Of a DNA stretch of 64,000 nt, positions 28,828 to 37,754 are shown piece after piece. A program made the position numbers and the translations under genes. The notes under the pieces are model-generated. The model was given only the letters and a program-made list of their open reading frames with translations. It was not told the DNA's origin and did no database searches. Every line of letters starts with the position of its first letter. Position 1 is the stretch's first letter. Source of the DNA: an uncultured Spirochaetota bacterium (GTDB lineage: Bacteria > Spirochaetota > Spirochaetia > SZUA-6 > Fen-1364); assembly GCA_963734545.1 (NCBI GenBank), contig CAVTHO010000005.1:512001-576000 (forward strand), written 5' to 3'.

Positions 28828-31281
28828 TCAGCGGCCGGCGGGACGGACTCTCGTGCGCGCCCATTCCATTGCCCAGATGGCGAGCGGGCGCATGTAGGCA
28901 AGCGCGCGGTAGCTGCCGTCCCCGTTCCACGCCTCCGGGGTCTGGAACCAGTACCCCAGTTCCTCCCAGCCCATCCGATAGATGCCGTGCGCCGTGCGGA
29001 AAGCCTCATCGCGCATGCCTTCCTGCAGCATGGACGCGGCCAGAGCGTATGTCGTGCCTGTCCAGACTTCCCGGGACTGCTGGTCCGAGGTGTCCACGAT
29101 CCCGTGGGGCCTCATCCCGTTCACCGCGCCCATCCGGCCCGCCCTGTGCTTCATCACGTTGAAATCGAAGATCGTCGCGAGCGCGCTCCGGGCGTGCTCA
29201 TCCGGCACGATCGAAGGAAGGCCGCACGCACGGGCGTACCAATGGCCGGCAAGCTGATCCGCCATGATGCTGTCATGGTGCCGGCTTTCGCTGCCGTCGT
29301 AGTTGTAGTAGGCGCCGTTCCAGAGCTTAGCCTCGTAGGCCGTCATGCCCCGGGCAAGCCGGGCGCGGAATGCGCGCGCCGCCTCGGCGTCTCCCGCGGC
29401 ATCGCCCAGGACTGCGGCGGCGCTCAGGCTCGCCAGCCACAACCCGGCCGAATAGGCGCTCGCTCCCTTCACCGACCAGGTATCGTAGGTCTGATCGGGA
29501 ATCCCCTCGTTCTCGATCAGGCCGTCCCCGTCGTGGTCGAACTGCTCCATGAAAAGCATGGCTTCCTGGACGGCAGGCCACACCTCTTCCACGAAGCCGC
29601 GATCACCGGTTGCCGCCCAGTCCCGGCAGATCTGGAGAACGAACTTGGGATTGAGGTCTTTCCAACGGCCGGTGTCCTGCATCAGGTACGCATTGACCTT
29701 CCGCCACGGGTCTTCGCCGGGCATGCCCAGGTCATGCGGGATGGCGCCGCGCAGCTTGCGGGGAACTCTGGCGCCCGAGAACCAGAGCGCGCGAAGCTCC
29801 GGGTGCTCGACCCGAAGCGCAGCGGCGAAGTCGCGCTGGACGGCCAGCTCGAGCGACGGCCACAGCATGGCCAGGGCAAAGGACGCGTAGAAATGGACGT
29901 CGTACGTGTTGAACATCCGGTACTCGTGGCCCTCCAGGTAGGCGAAATGCCCGACATCCTCCTCCGGCGGCAGAGGGTGCCCTTCCTCCCCGTCCGTCCA
30001 GATGGTTCCTCCGTCCACGACGTAGTACAGCTCGTTGAAAAGCGCGCTCTTGTACCAGTCGGGAATGCTCGTATCGTCAAGAATCGGCTGCTGCCAGGCC
30101 TCAATCCGCTTCTCCCAGTCCGGATAGTCCCGCAGGGCATCGCGCGCCAGCCGGGGCGCTGCCTCGCCTTCCCGGCCGTAGTACCGGGTGTAGCGGCGAT
30201 ACCACGCCCGCCCTTCACCGAATCGCGCCAGCGGCATGTCCCAGCACAGCGCAAACGCGAGCTCGCGCTTCTCCCCCGGAGGCACGGTGACTGTTGCGGC
30301 AAGCGCGGCGCCGACCGCGATCCCGGGAAGCGAGGGCGCGCCGTCGGCGTCCTCGTCCAGCCGTCCGGCTCGAGAGAAACCCGTCCACACGTCTGAGCCC
30401 TCACCGTTGGCCGCAAAGCAGGCACGGGAGCTGACAAGGACGCCCGGCCGCTCTTGAACGGCGATTGCGAAGGTGAGCGGGTCCCGGTAGGTCGCCGGCG
30501 CCTGCTGCTGCCCCGGCGCGCGCAGGCCGTTCTGGCGGTGAGCATGAGCCAGCCTGATGCCGGCAATGGCCCCCCCGTCCGCCTCGAGGCGGAAGCGGTG
30601 GTTGACATGGCCCCCGGCAAGATCGTTGGGCGCACCGATTCCGTTCTGGAAGGTCAGCATCAGGCTGACCTGCGCTGGTTCCGCGCCCATGTTCTCAATG
30701 GTCCATGCGAAAACTCCGGCCGGTACGGTGCTCACGCGGTAGTCGTGCGGAATGACCGGCGACACCTGGCGGCACGTCAGCCGAAGACCCGGCACGGGAT
30801 TCTCGTAGGTTGTCCACGCCCGGGGAAAGAGCGCGTGGTAGGTGGCGCAGGCGCCGTCCATGCCCCATTCCCAGCTCCGCAGGACGGCGGGCCCCGGCCG
30901 GCCGGGATACAGGACACGCGCCTGGGCGGGCCGGCCTTCGCGCACCACCGCGACGGAGAACTGGTCTGCCGGCACGGCGCCGTAGCTGTAGCAGCCCGGC
31001 TGCATCTGCCAGCGCGCGAAGTCTCCCCGCCAGCCGCGCGTCACGGTGCCGCCCCCGATGCCGCCCAGCGGAACCCCCTGCAGCGGTCCTGCCTGCCGGG
31101 GGTCGAATGAGACAAGCATCGATTGCCGCCCCATCTTCCGATCCCGCGCCAATGCCGCGCGCAGTCGAAAAAAGGAGGGCACGAGCCGGACGAGCGAGCG
31201 GAGCGCCCAGAAGGCCGGCCTCCCGGGCTGTTCCGGCATCCGATCCAGTCGACGCTGCCATGCGGCCGAGGGGATGTCCAT
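28828..31281 (-). CDS. GH116 beta-glucosidase / non-lysosomal glucosylceramidase family
   Basis: GVPLGGIGGG, YHALFPRAW, FAYLEGHEY, NTYDVHFYAS, PHDLG, PDQTYDTW, DQLAGHWY, EVWTG, FQTPEA, YMRPLAIW. Confidence 0.92.
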   Translation of the reverse strand: MDIPSAAWQRRLDRMPEQPGRPAFWALRSLVRLVPSFFRLRAALARDRKMGRQSMLVSFDPRQAGPLQGVPLGGIGGGTVTRGWRGDFARWQMQPGCYSYGAVPADQFSVAVVREGRPAQARVLYPGRPGPAVLRSWEWGMDGACATYHALFPRAWTTYENPVPGLRLTCRQVSPVIPHDYRVSTVPAGVFAWTIENMGAEPAQVSLMLTFQNGIGAPNDLAGGHVNHRFRLEADGGAIAGIRLAHAHRQNGLRAPGQQQAPATYRDPLTFAIAVQERPGVLVSSRACFAANGEGSDVWTGFSRAGRLDEDADGAPSLPGIAVGAALAATVTVPPGEKRELAFALCWDMPLARFGEGRAWYRRYTRYYGREGEAAPRLARDALRDYPDWEKRIEAWQQPILDDTSIPDWYKSALFNELYYVVDGGTIWTDGEEGHPLPPEEDVGHFAYLEGHEYRMFNTYDVHFYASFALAMLWPSLELAVQRDFAAALRVEHPELRALWFSGARVPRKLRGAIPHDLGMPGEDPWRKVNAYLMQDTGRWKDLNPKFVLQICRDWAATGDRGFVEEVWPAVQEAMLFMEQFDHDGDGLIENEGIPDQTYDTWSVKGASAYSAGLWLASLSAAAVLGDAAGDAEAARAFRARLARGMTAYEAKLWNGAYYNYDGSESRHHDSIMADQLAGHWYARACGLPSIVPDEHARSALATIFDFNVMKHRAGRMGAVNGMRPHGIVDTSDQQSREVWTGTTYALAASMLQEGMRDEAFRTAHGIYRMGWEELGYWFQTPEAWNGDGSYRALAYMRPLAIWAMEWARTRVRPAGR

Positions 31282-31402
31282 GCAGGAGTCATTGTACAGG
31301 ATACACCGGGTCTCGAACAAGGAAAGAGCCGGTGCAGGAGGCCGCGACGGGGGTGGCCGCGAGGGGGCGCCGTTATTAGCTTACAGCACGGAGGGCGGCA
31401 GC

Positions 31403-31784
31403 ATGGAGCGAATATCGTCAGGATCACCTTTCGAGCCCGTGGTGGGATACAGCAGGGCCGTGCGGGCCGGGAGCGTCATCGAGATTGCGGGCACGGTCGC
31501 GACCGACGAAAACGGAAAGGCCGTGGCAGCGGGCGATCCCTACCAGCAGACGCGCTTCATCCTGTCCAAGATTCTCGCCTATGTGGCCAGGGCAGGCGGC
31601 AGGCCCGAGGACGTGGTGCGCACCCGGATGTTCGTCACCGACATCTCGAGGTGGAAAGAGATCGGCAGGGCTCACGGCGAGGTCTTCGGTGACAATTCGG
31701 CCTGTGACCACGATGGTCGAGGTGAAGGCGCTCATCTCGAGCGAATACCTCGTGGAGATCGAGGCGACCGCGATCATCGAGTAG
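31403..31784 (+). pseudogene. RidA/YjgF-family protein, one frameshift near 31700
   Basis: SGSPFEPVVGYSRAVR, DVVRTRMFVTD, then RPVTTMVEVKALISSEYLVEIEATA in the next frame. Confidence 0.88.
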
Positions 31785-31852
31785 CCGGGCCGCCGCGGCC
31801 GGCCGATCACGCGGCAGCCGGCCGGTCCGGCGGCGGCGCGCGGATATCCGCG

Positions 31853-32638
31853 CTACGCCGATGCGCCCGAGTAGCGCTTTATGCCCGCGCGCCAGAAGAG
31901 GTGCGCCAGGATGAAGAGTCCCGCGGCGAACGCCCACGCGCCGATCAGGGTCCGCCACGTGAGCTTGCCCGCCAGGGCCTCGGCAGGCACTGTCACGGCG
32001 AACGCGACAGGCACGACGAAAGTGAGCGTGACCCTCAGCCACCCCGGGTAGATGCTCACGGGCCATCGACCCGCCTCGTACATGCTCTGGAAGATCATGA
32101 GGATGTTCTCCACGCGCACGAACCAGAACGCCGAGGTCGCGAGGATCATCCAGAAGCTGTATGCAATCGCGCCGCCGGCAAGAAGCGCGGCGGCGAACGT
32201 GACTGCCGGGACAACACCCACATGAGCGCCCAGCCGCGTCAGGGCGGCCGCCAGCACTCCCATGCCCAGCACGACATCGATCAGCTTCCAGATATCGACC
32301 CTCTGGATGCTGACCAGCAGCTGCGCGTTCTCCGGCTTGGCAAGGGTGAAATCAAGAGTGCCGTCCCGGACCGACTCGATGAGCTGCTCCATGCTCGGCT
32401 GGATCACGAGCCTGATGGCCCCGCCGACGAGGAAGAAGACACCCAGGAGGGCGAGGACCTCGTCCGGCTTCCAGCCGCCCAGGTTTTCCGTGTAGGAGAA
32501 TATGACGGCGAGCCCGGCGATTGCTGTCCCGAGCTCCAGGAGCGATTCGAGGAGCTGGACAAAGAAGTTGGCGCGATACGCCAGCTCTCCCATCATGCCG
32601 ACGCGGAAAAAGGTCCACAGAAGCCTGAGGTACCTCAT
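31853..32638 (-). CDS. ABC-2 family permease (DUF990-like)
   Basis: ELAYRANF, VRDGTLDFTLAKP, GRWPVSIYP; multiple TM segments. Confidence 0.88.
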   Translation of the reverse strand: MRYLRLLWTFFRVGMMGELAYRANFFVQLLESLLELGTAIAGLAVIFSYTENLGGWKPDEVLALLGVFFLVGGAIRLVIQPSMEQLIESVRDGTLDFTLAKPENAQLLVSIQRVDIWKLIDVVLGMGVLAAALTRLGAHVGVVPAVTFAAALLAGGAIAYSFWMILATSAFWFVRVENILMIFQSMYEAGRWPVSIYPGWLRVTLTFVVPVAFAVTVPAEALAGKLTWRTLIGAWAFAAGLFILAHLFWRAGIKRYSGASA

Positions 32639-33438
32639 GCGCCCACCGCCGAGTAGACCCGCACCCCTGCCCGCCAGACGAACCTGAGCAGCGCCAGGAA
32701 GAGGAGGAGCCACGCGATCTGCACTCCGATCCCCGCCAAAGCCAGCGGGAAGTCGACCCTGCCCAGCAGGAGCTCGACGGGAAAGCTCGTTGTCCAGCGG
32801 AAGGGAAGGGCGGCGGCGATGAGCGGGAGGGGCCGGGGAAGCAGCGCAAGCGGGGCCATCTGGCCGGAGAGAAAGAGCATCAGGATGAAGTAGGTCTGGT
32901 TGATGGCGCTCACCCTCGTGGTCCAGAACGCGGCGAGCGCGAGAATCCATTCCATGAGGAACCGCAGAACAAATGCGAGCAGCAGCGCGGGAGCGAACGC
33001 GACGGCGGCCCAGGGCACCGGATGAAAGGCGGGCCGGAAGATGAGCGTCAGGACCGCCGCGGCGGCCAGTATCAACGGCAGGGTGACAACCTTGGAAGAG
33101 ATATTGTCGGCCAGATCCGCGTGAATGGGATGGACGGGGCGGAGAAGCGCGAATGAGAGCATCCCGTGGCGCACCCGGTATTCGTACTCGTACATGATCC
33201 AGGTGTAGGTGGCGTGGTTGACGAGCATGAGCAGGATGAAGTACGCGGCGAACTCCTCCGTGCCGTACCCCCCCACGCTGCCGCCCCGGGAACGCGACAC
33301 GGCCGACCACACGACGAGATAGATGAGCGGATCCAGCACGTGCCCGATCAGCCAGATGACGAGCGCCGCCCTGTACTGCAGCATGGAGGCAAGCGAGGTC
33401 TTGAACTGCTGGAGGTAGAGGTCCGCCAGGCCCCTCAC
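32635..33438 (-). CDS. ABC-2 family permease
   Basis: MLQYRA, VRHGMLSFALLRPV, FLSGQMAPL, LPF; overlapping start and stop codons. Confidence 0.88.
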   Translation of the reverse strand: MRGLADLYLQQFKTSLASMLQYRAALVIWLIGHVLDPLIYLVVWSAVSRSRGGSVGGYGTEEFAAYFILLMLVNHATYTWIMYEYEYRVRHGMLSFALLRPVHPIHADLADNISSKVVTLPLILAAAAVLTLIFRPAFHPVPWAAVAFAPALLLAFVLRFLMEWILALAAFWTTRVSAINQTYFILMLFLSGQMAPLALLPRPLPLIAAALPFRWTTSFPVELLLGRVDFPLALAGIGVQIAWLLLFLALLRFVWRAGVRVYSAVGA

Positions 33439-34418
33439 GGCGCCTCCTGGGAAAAAACCAGGTCGATCACCTCTTCTATCGGCGGGTCCTCCACGGTCAG
33501 GTCGATCACCGGCAGGTCGGCAAGGAGCCGCTCTGTGACCCGGGCCGTTCGCGTCCGGGGAACGCGCAGCGTGGCAACGCCGTCTTCGCAGGAGAGCACA
33601 TCGCCATAAGCGCGCAGGTCGGTCTGGCAGTCTGCCAGCCGCACGACGATGGTCTTGTGCGCGGTGAAGCGCTCGAGGAGCGCGGAGAGCTCGCCGTCGA
33701 AGAGCAGCTTTCCGTGGTGGATGACGACCACGCGGCGGCAGAGGGCTTCCACATCGGCCATGTAGTGGCTGGTCAGAAGAACGGTGGCGCCGTACCGCGT
33801 ATTGTACTCCGCGAGGAACGCCCGTATGCGGCGCTGCATCGTCACGTCCAGCCCAATGGTCGGCTCGTCCAGGAACACCACGCGGGGCCTGTGCAGCAGT
33901 GCCGCCGCAACCTCGCACTTCATCCGTTCTCCCAGGGAGAGATTGCGGACGGGCTTCCGCAGGAGCGGCTCCAGATCGAGCAGCGCCACCAGCTCATCGA
34001 GGGTGCGCCGATAGTCGGCTGCGGGGATGCGGTAGACGGCCCGGTTGAGCTCGAAGGAGTCAGCGGCGGGTATGTCCCAGACCAGCTGGTTGCGCTGACC
34101 CATCACGAGCGTGATCTGCCGCAGGAACTCCTTTTCCCGCGCCGAGGGAGTGTGGCCCAGCACGGTCACTTCCCCGCTCGTCGGGTAAAGGAGGCCCGAG
34201 AGCATCTTGAGTGTCGTGGTCTTTCCCGCGCCGTTGGGTCCGAGAAAACCCACGATCTCTCCCGGGGCGAGGTCGAAAGAGATTCCGTCCACGGCAGGGA
34301 TTTCCTGCACGTGGCGGTGCACGAGGCTTTTCAGCGCCGCGCGCATCCCTGCGGCACGCTCGGCTACCCTGTAGGTCTTGCGCAGATCGCGGATCCGGAT
34401 GGCAGGCGGCGATCCCAC
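33435..34418 (-). CDS. ABC exporter ATP-binding protein
   Basis: GPNGAGKTT, LSLGERM, FLDEPTIGLD, TSHYM. Confidence 0.93.
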   Translation of the reverse strand: MGSPPAIRIRDLRKTYRVAERAAGMRAALKSLVHRHVQEIPAVDGISFDLAPGEIVGFLGPNGAGKTTTLKMLSGLLYPTSGEVTVLGHTPSAREKEFLRQITLVMGQRNQLVWDIPAADSFELNRAVYRIPAADYRRTLDELVALLDLEPLLRKPVRNLSLGERMKCEVAAALLHRPRVVFLDEPTIGLDVTMQRRIRAFLAEYNTRYGATVLLTSHYMADVEALCRRVVVIHHGKLLFDGELSALLERFTAHKTIVVRLADCQTDLRAYGDVLSCEDGVATLRVPRTRTARVTERLLADLPVIDLTVEDPPIEEVIDLVFSQEAP

Positions 34419-34469
34419 TTGCTCAATATACGCACTGCCGGGAGGCCCGCACAAGCGCGAAAATAATGG

Positions 34470-34497
34470 TTGACAAAATCCAAACTTCTGATACCCT
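34470..34497 (+). promoter_or_regulatory. Sigma70 promoter of the ABC-GH149 operon
   Basis: TTGACA at 34470-34475 and extended -10 TGaTACCCT at 34489-34497, in an AT-rich patch. Confidence 0.65.
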
Positions 34498-34502
34498 GTC
34501 GG

Positions 34503-34527
34503 TTAGTTCGGGTCGGAACCGAACTAA
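34503..34527. promoter_or_regulatory. ROK/XylR-type operator
   Basis: 25-bp inverted repeat TTAGTTCGG-N7-CCGAACTAA just downstream of the -10; a ROK repressor gene lies at the end of the operon. Confidence 0.75.
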
Positions 34528-34557
34528 GTATTTTATCTAATTTTTAAGGAGGGAAGA

Positions 34558-35847
34558 GTGATGAAGAGAAGATCGGTCATTATCGTTCTTGTTCTGCTCT
34601 TGATCCTGCCTGCATTGTCATTCGGACAAGCGAGCGCGACTGTCGAGCTGCTTATCCATCAAAACGCGCCCCTGGTGGACTACATCAACGCTTTCAACGA
34701 GAAGTTCCAGGACAAATACCCGAATATCACGGTGAATGTCTCCGTGGTGAAGGCGGACGAGCTTGCCACGTCCACCCAGACCAGGCTGACTGCGAATGAC
34801 GTGGACGTCATCGACATGTTCGGTTTTGCGCAGGGAATCCAGCCCTTCATGAAGAACGCCGACAAGCCGAACTGGCAGGCGCTGATCGAGGCCGGGCTGC
34901 TGATGGATCTGACCGGTCAGCCGTTCCTGAAGAATTATGACGCGTCAGCCATCAAGGACGCGGGTTCTTTCAACGGCAGGGTCTACGAGGTGAACACCGG
35001 GCGTTACGCGTTCACCGGAGTGTTCTATAACAAGGATCTCTTCAGCAAGTACGGCGTGAAGGTGCCCACGACATGGGGCCAGCTCGTGGCGGCCTGCGAT
35101 ACCTTCAAAAAGAACAAGATCTCCCCCATGACCGCGGGCGGCAAGGACGGATGGCCGGTGCTCGTGGCCGGCTACGGCATCCTGCTCAGCGCTTACCCCG
35201 ACCAGGCAGCCCTTGTAAAAGGTCTCTGGAGCGGAACGGCCAAGTGGAATGACGCAAAAGGCGTGGCGATGTGGAAGAAGATGCAGATCATGGCACGAGA
35301 CATGATCGAGCCGGGCGCCAGCGGTATTGCCTTTGATGCTGCTCCGGGAAGGTTCGCCGCAGGGCTTGCGGCCATGCTCCCGGCAGGGTCCTGGGATGCG
35401 CCTGCGATAGAAAGCGCCAATCCGAAGCTGAACTTCGGCTTTTTCCCGATGCCCGGCAGCGACAACGCGAGCGACAACAAGTTCCTGGCCGGCAAGTACG
35501 ATGTGGGCTGGGTGGTCGCGGCAAAGACCGCCAACAAGGATGCGGCCCTGAAGTGGCTGGCATTCTTCTCCCAGCCGGATAACTACCAGGCCTACGTCAA
35601 CGCCACCGGGATCATGCCCACCCAGCCGACGGCCAGGCTCAACACGACCCTGGGCAAGGAAGTGGCTCCCTACCTCGCCAATTTCAGGCTCGGTTACGAG
35701 CTGCTCTGGGTGAACCCGAAGGGCATGGGACAGTGGGCACAGCCCAATGCCTCGTTCTTCAAGCCGTTCAACCAGTGGGATGACGCCAAGAAGCTGGCAG
35801 ACCAGGCCCAGGCGGATCTTGACGCGGGACTGAAGGCGAACCAGTAA
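34558..35847 (+). CDS. Carbohydrate ABC transporter substrate-binding protein (CUT1)
   Basis: Signal peptide, FYNKDLF, VPTTW, FGFFPMPG; RBS AAGGAGG. Confidence 0.92.
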   Translation: MMKRRSVIIVLVLLLILPALSFGQASATVELLIHQNAPLVDYINAFNEKFQDKYPNITVNVSVVKADELATSTQTRLTANDVDVIDMFGFAQGIQPFMKNADKPNWQALIEAGLLMDLTGQPFLKNYDASAIKDAGSFNGRVYEVNTGRYAFTGVFYNKDLFSKYGVKVPTTWGQLVAACDTFKKNKISPMTAGGKDGWPVLVAGYGILLSAYPDQAALVKGLWSGTAKWNDAKGVAMWKKMQIMARDMIEPGASGIAFDAAPGRFAAGLAAMLPAGSWDAPAIESANPKLNFGFFPMPGSDNASDNKFLAGKYDVGWVVAAKTANKDAALKWLAFFSQPDNYQAYVNATGIMPTQPTARLNTTLGKEVAPYLANFRLGYELLWVNPKGMGQWAQPNASFFKPFNQWDDAKKLADQAQADLDAGLKANQ

Positions 35848-35877
35848 TACACGGAGAGTGCCTCTGAGAGAATGAGA

Positions 35878-35917
35878 GAGGCAGGTGTCCCTCCTCCGCA
35901 GGGGGAGGGCCTGCCTC
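35878..35917 (+). terminator. Stem-loop after the binding-protein gene (attenuator or mRNA stabiliser)
   Basis: GAGGCAGG...CCCTCCTCC-GCA-GGGGGAGGG-CCTGCCTC. Confidence 0.6.
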
Positions 35918-35943
35918 CTGTTTCAGCGTGGAGGAGTGCCGCG

Positions 35944-36879
35944 ATGAATGCCGCTTATCACTTCGGGAGCAGACGGTCCCGGCTGATCCCCACGCTTCTC
36001 CTGCTGCCCGGGATGCTGCTCTATTTTCTCCTTTTGCTGGGCCCCTCGCTCGCCACGGTATTCTATTCGTTCACGGATGCCTCGGGGCTCATCGGGACTC
36101 CCATGAAGTGGCTGGGGCTCAGCAATTACAGGGAGTTTCTTTTCATGGGCCAGAATGTCCGTGACAACCTGGAGGTGCTGGTCCGCACGCTGGAGTTCTC
36201 TTTCCTCGTCACCGTGATCCAGACGAGCTTCGGCCTGCTGATCGCGGTGCTGCTGAACCAGCGCCTGAAGGCCACGAACGCGTTTCGCACTCTCTTCTTC
36301 CTCCCCGTGATCCTTGGCGTGACCATCATCGGCCTCATGTGGACCCTGTTCCTCTACCCGCTGGGCGGGCCGGTCGACAGGATTCTGGGGCTTTTCGGCA
36401 CGCACAACGAGCTGCTGGGGGGGCCGCCGTTCCAGGCGTTCCTGTGGGTGATCTGGGTCCAGATCTGGGCGAACATGGGCATCACGATGATCATTTTCCT
36501 GGCCGGGCTGCAGACGATTCCGGCTGAGCTTGTCGAGTCGTCTCGCATTGACGGCGCCACCGGGTGGCAGACCTTTCGGCACATCACCTATCCGCTGCTC
36601 ATGCCCAGCATGAACACGAACCTGACCCTGGCGATCATCGGATCGCTGCAGGCGTGGCAGCTCCTCCTGATCATGAAGGGCGTGACGAACGGCACCCAGG
36701 TGCTGGGCCTGACCATATATGCCATCGCCTTCGGGCGCACGACGAACAATCCGACCGCGGTCGCCATGCGCCAGGGCTATGGCGCAGCCGCCTCAGTGGT
36801 CCTGTTCATCCTCGTGCTCATCATCGGAATGACGGCGCAGTACCTCATGCGGCGCAGAGAGAGGCGGATACTCGGATGA
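35944..36879 (+). CDS. Carbohydrate ABC permease
   Basis: FLAGLQTIPAELVESSRIDGA EAA motif; several TM segments. Confidence 0.93.
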   Translation: MNAAYHFGSRRSRLIPTLLLLPGMLLYFLLLLGPSLATVFYSFTDASGLIGTPMKWLGLSNYREFLFMGQNVRDNLEVLVRTLEFSFLVTVIQTSFGLLIAVLLNQRLKATNAFRTLFFLPVILGVTIIGLMWTLFLYPLGGPVDRILGLFGTHNELLGGPPFQAFLWVIWVQIWANMGITMIIFLAGLQTIPAELVESSRIDGATGWQTFRHITYPLLMPSMNTNLTLAIIGSLQAWQLLLIMKGVTNGTQVLGLTIYAIAFGRTTNNPTAVAMRQGYGAAASVVLFILVLIIGMTAQYLMRRRERRILG

Positions 36880-37754
36880 ACGTGCCCGAGTCGAAACCCC
36901 TCGGTTCCCCCGTGCCCCCGGTCTTCCCGACAGCCCCCGTCCGTCGGCAGCCGAGGGTGCGGTGGGGAGTATATGCGGCCCTGGCGCTCGTTGCCCTCAT
37001 CTACATCGGGCCGATGCTCACCGTGGTCAACGTTTCCCTGAAGTCACGACAGGAGTTCACACTCGATCCGACTTCGCCGGCAAAGGAATTGCATTTCGAG
37101 AATTTCGCGACCGCCTGGAAAAAGGCCAACTTCCCGCTCTATCTCCGCAATACGGTCCTGTATGCCGTGGTGGCGACCGGGCTCTACGTGCTGACCGCCG
37201 TATTCGTCGCCTTTCCAATCTCACGACGGTACGTGAGGGGCAGCGGGTTTCTTTTCAGCCTTTTCGTGATCGCCTTGTTCCTGCCCTATGCGTTGATTCC
37301 CCAGTTTCAATTGATGCTCCACCTGCGCCTGTACAACACCCAGGCAGGCTACATCCTGCTCTTCCTCGTGAACCCCATCGGCATCGTCATCCTGGTGAAC
37401 TACCTCAGGTCCATACCCAGGGACCTGGACGAGGCCGCGGCCATGGATGGGAGCAGCTACGTGCGGTTCGTGCTGCGGATCATCTTCCCATTGATCAAGC
37501 CGGCGCTCGCCAGCGTTATTGTGCTGCATGCAATCGGCATCTGGAACGAATACGTCACTCCCCTGATCTACCTGACGAAAAAGGCGTACATGCCCATCAC
37601 GCGCGGCCTGATGGTATTCTACGGCCAGTACGGCAACGATTGGACCACGCTGTCCGCCGCCATCCTGATGTTGATGCTCCCCATGGTGGTCCTGTTCATG
37701 GTTCTGCAGCGCTGGATCTATGCCGGTGTTCTGCAGGGCTCCCTGCGGCAATGA
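36876..37754 (+). CDS. Carbohydrate ABC permease
   Basis: SIPRDLDEAAAMDG, IWNEY; ATGA overlap. Confidence 0.93.
   Translation: MNVPESKPLGSPVPPVFPTAPVRRQPRVRWGVYAALALVALIYIGPMLTVVNVSLKSRQEFTLDPTSPAKELHFENFATAWKKANFPLYLRNTVLYAVVATGLYVLTAVFVAFPISRRYVRGSGFLFSLFVIALFLPYALIPQFQLMLHLRLYNTQAGYILLFLVNPIGIVILVNYLRSIPRDLDEAAAMDGSSYVRFVLRIIFPLIKPALASVIVLHAIGIWNEYVTPLIYLTKKAYMPITRGLMVFYGQYGNDWTTLSAAILMLMLPMVVLFMVLQRWIYAGVLQGSLRQ

Noticed and set aside
31785-31850. GC-rich inverted repeats between ridA and the ABC-2 permease
   Set aside because: They are probably an ordinary terminator-like hairpin, with no clear match to the repeat families.
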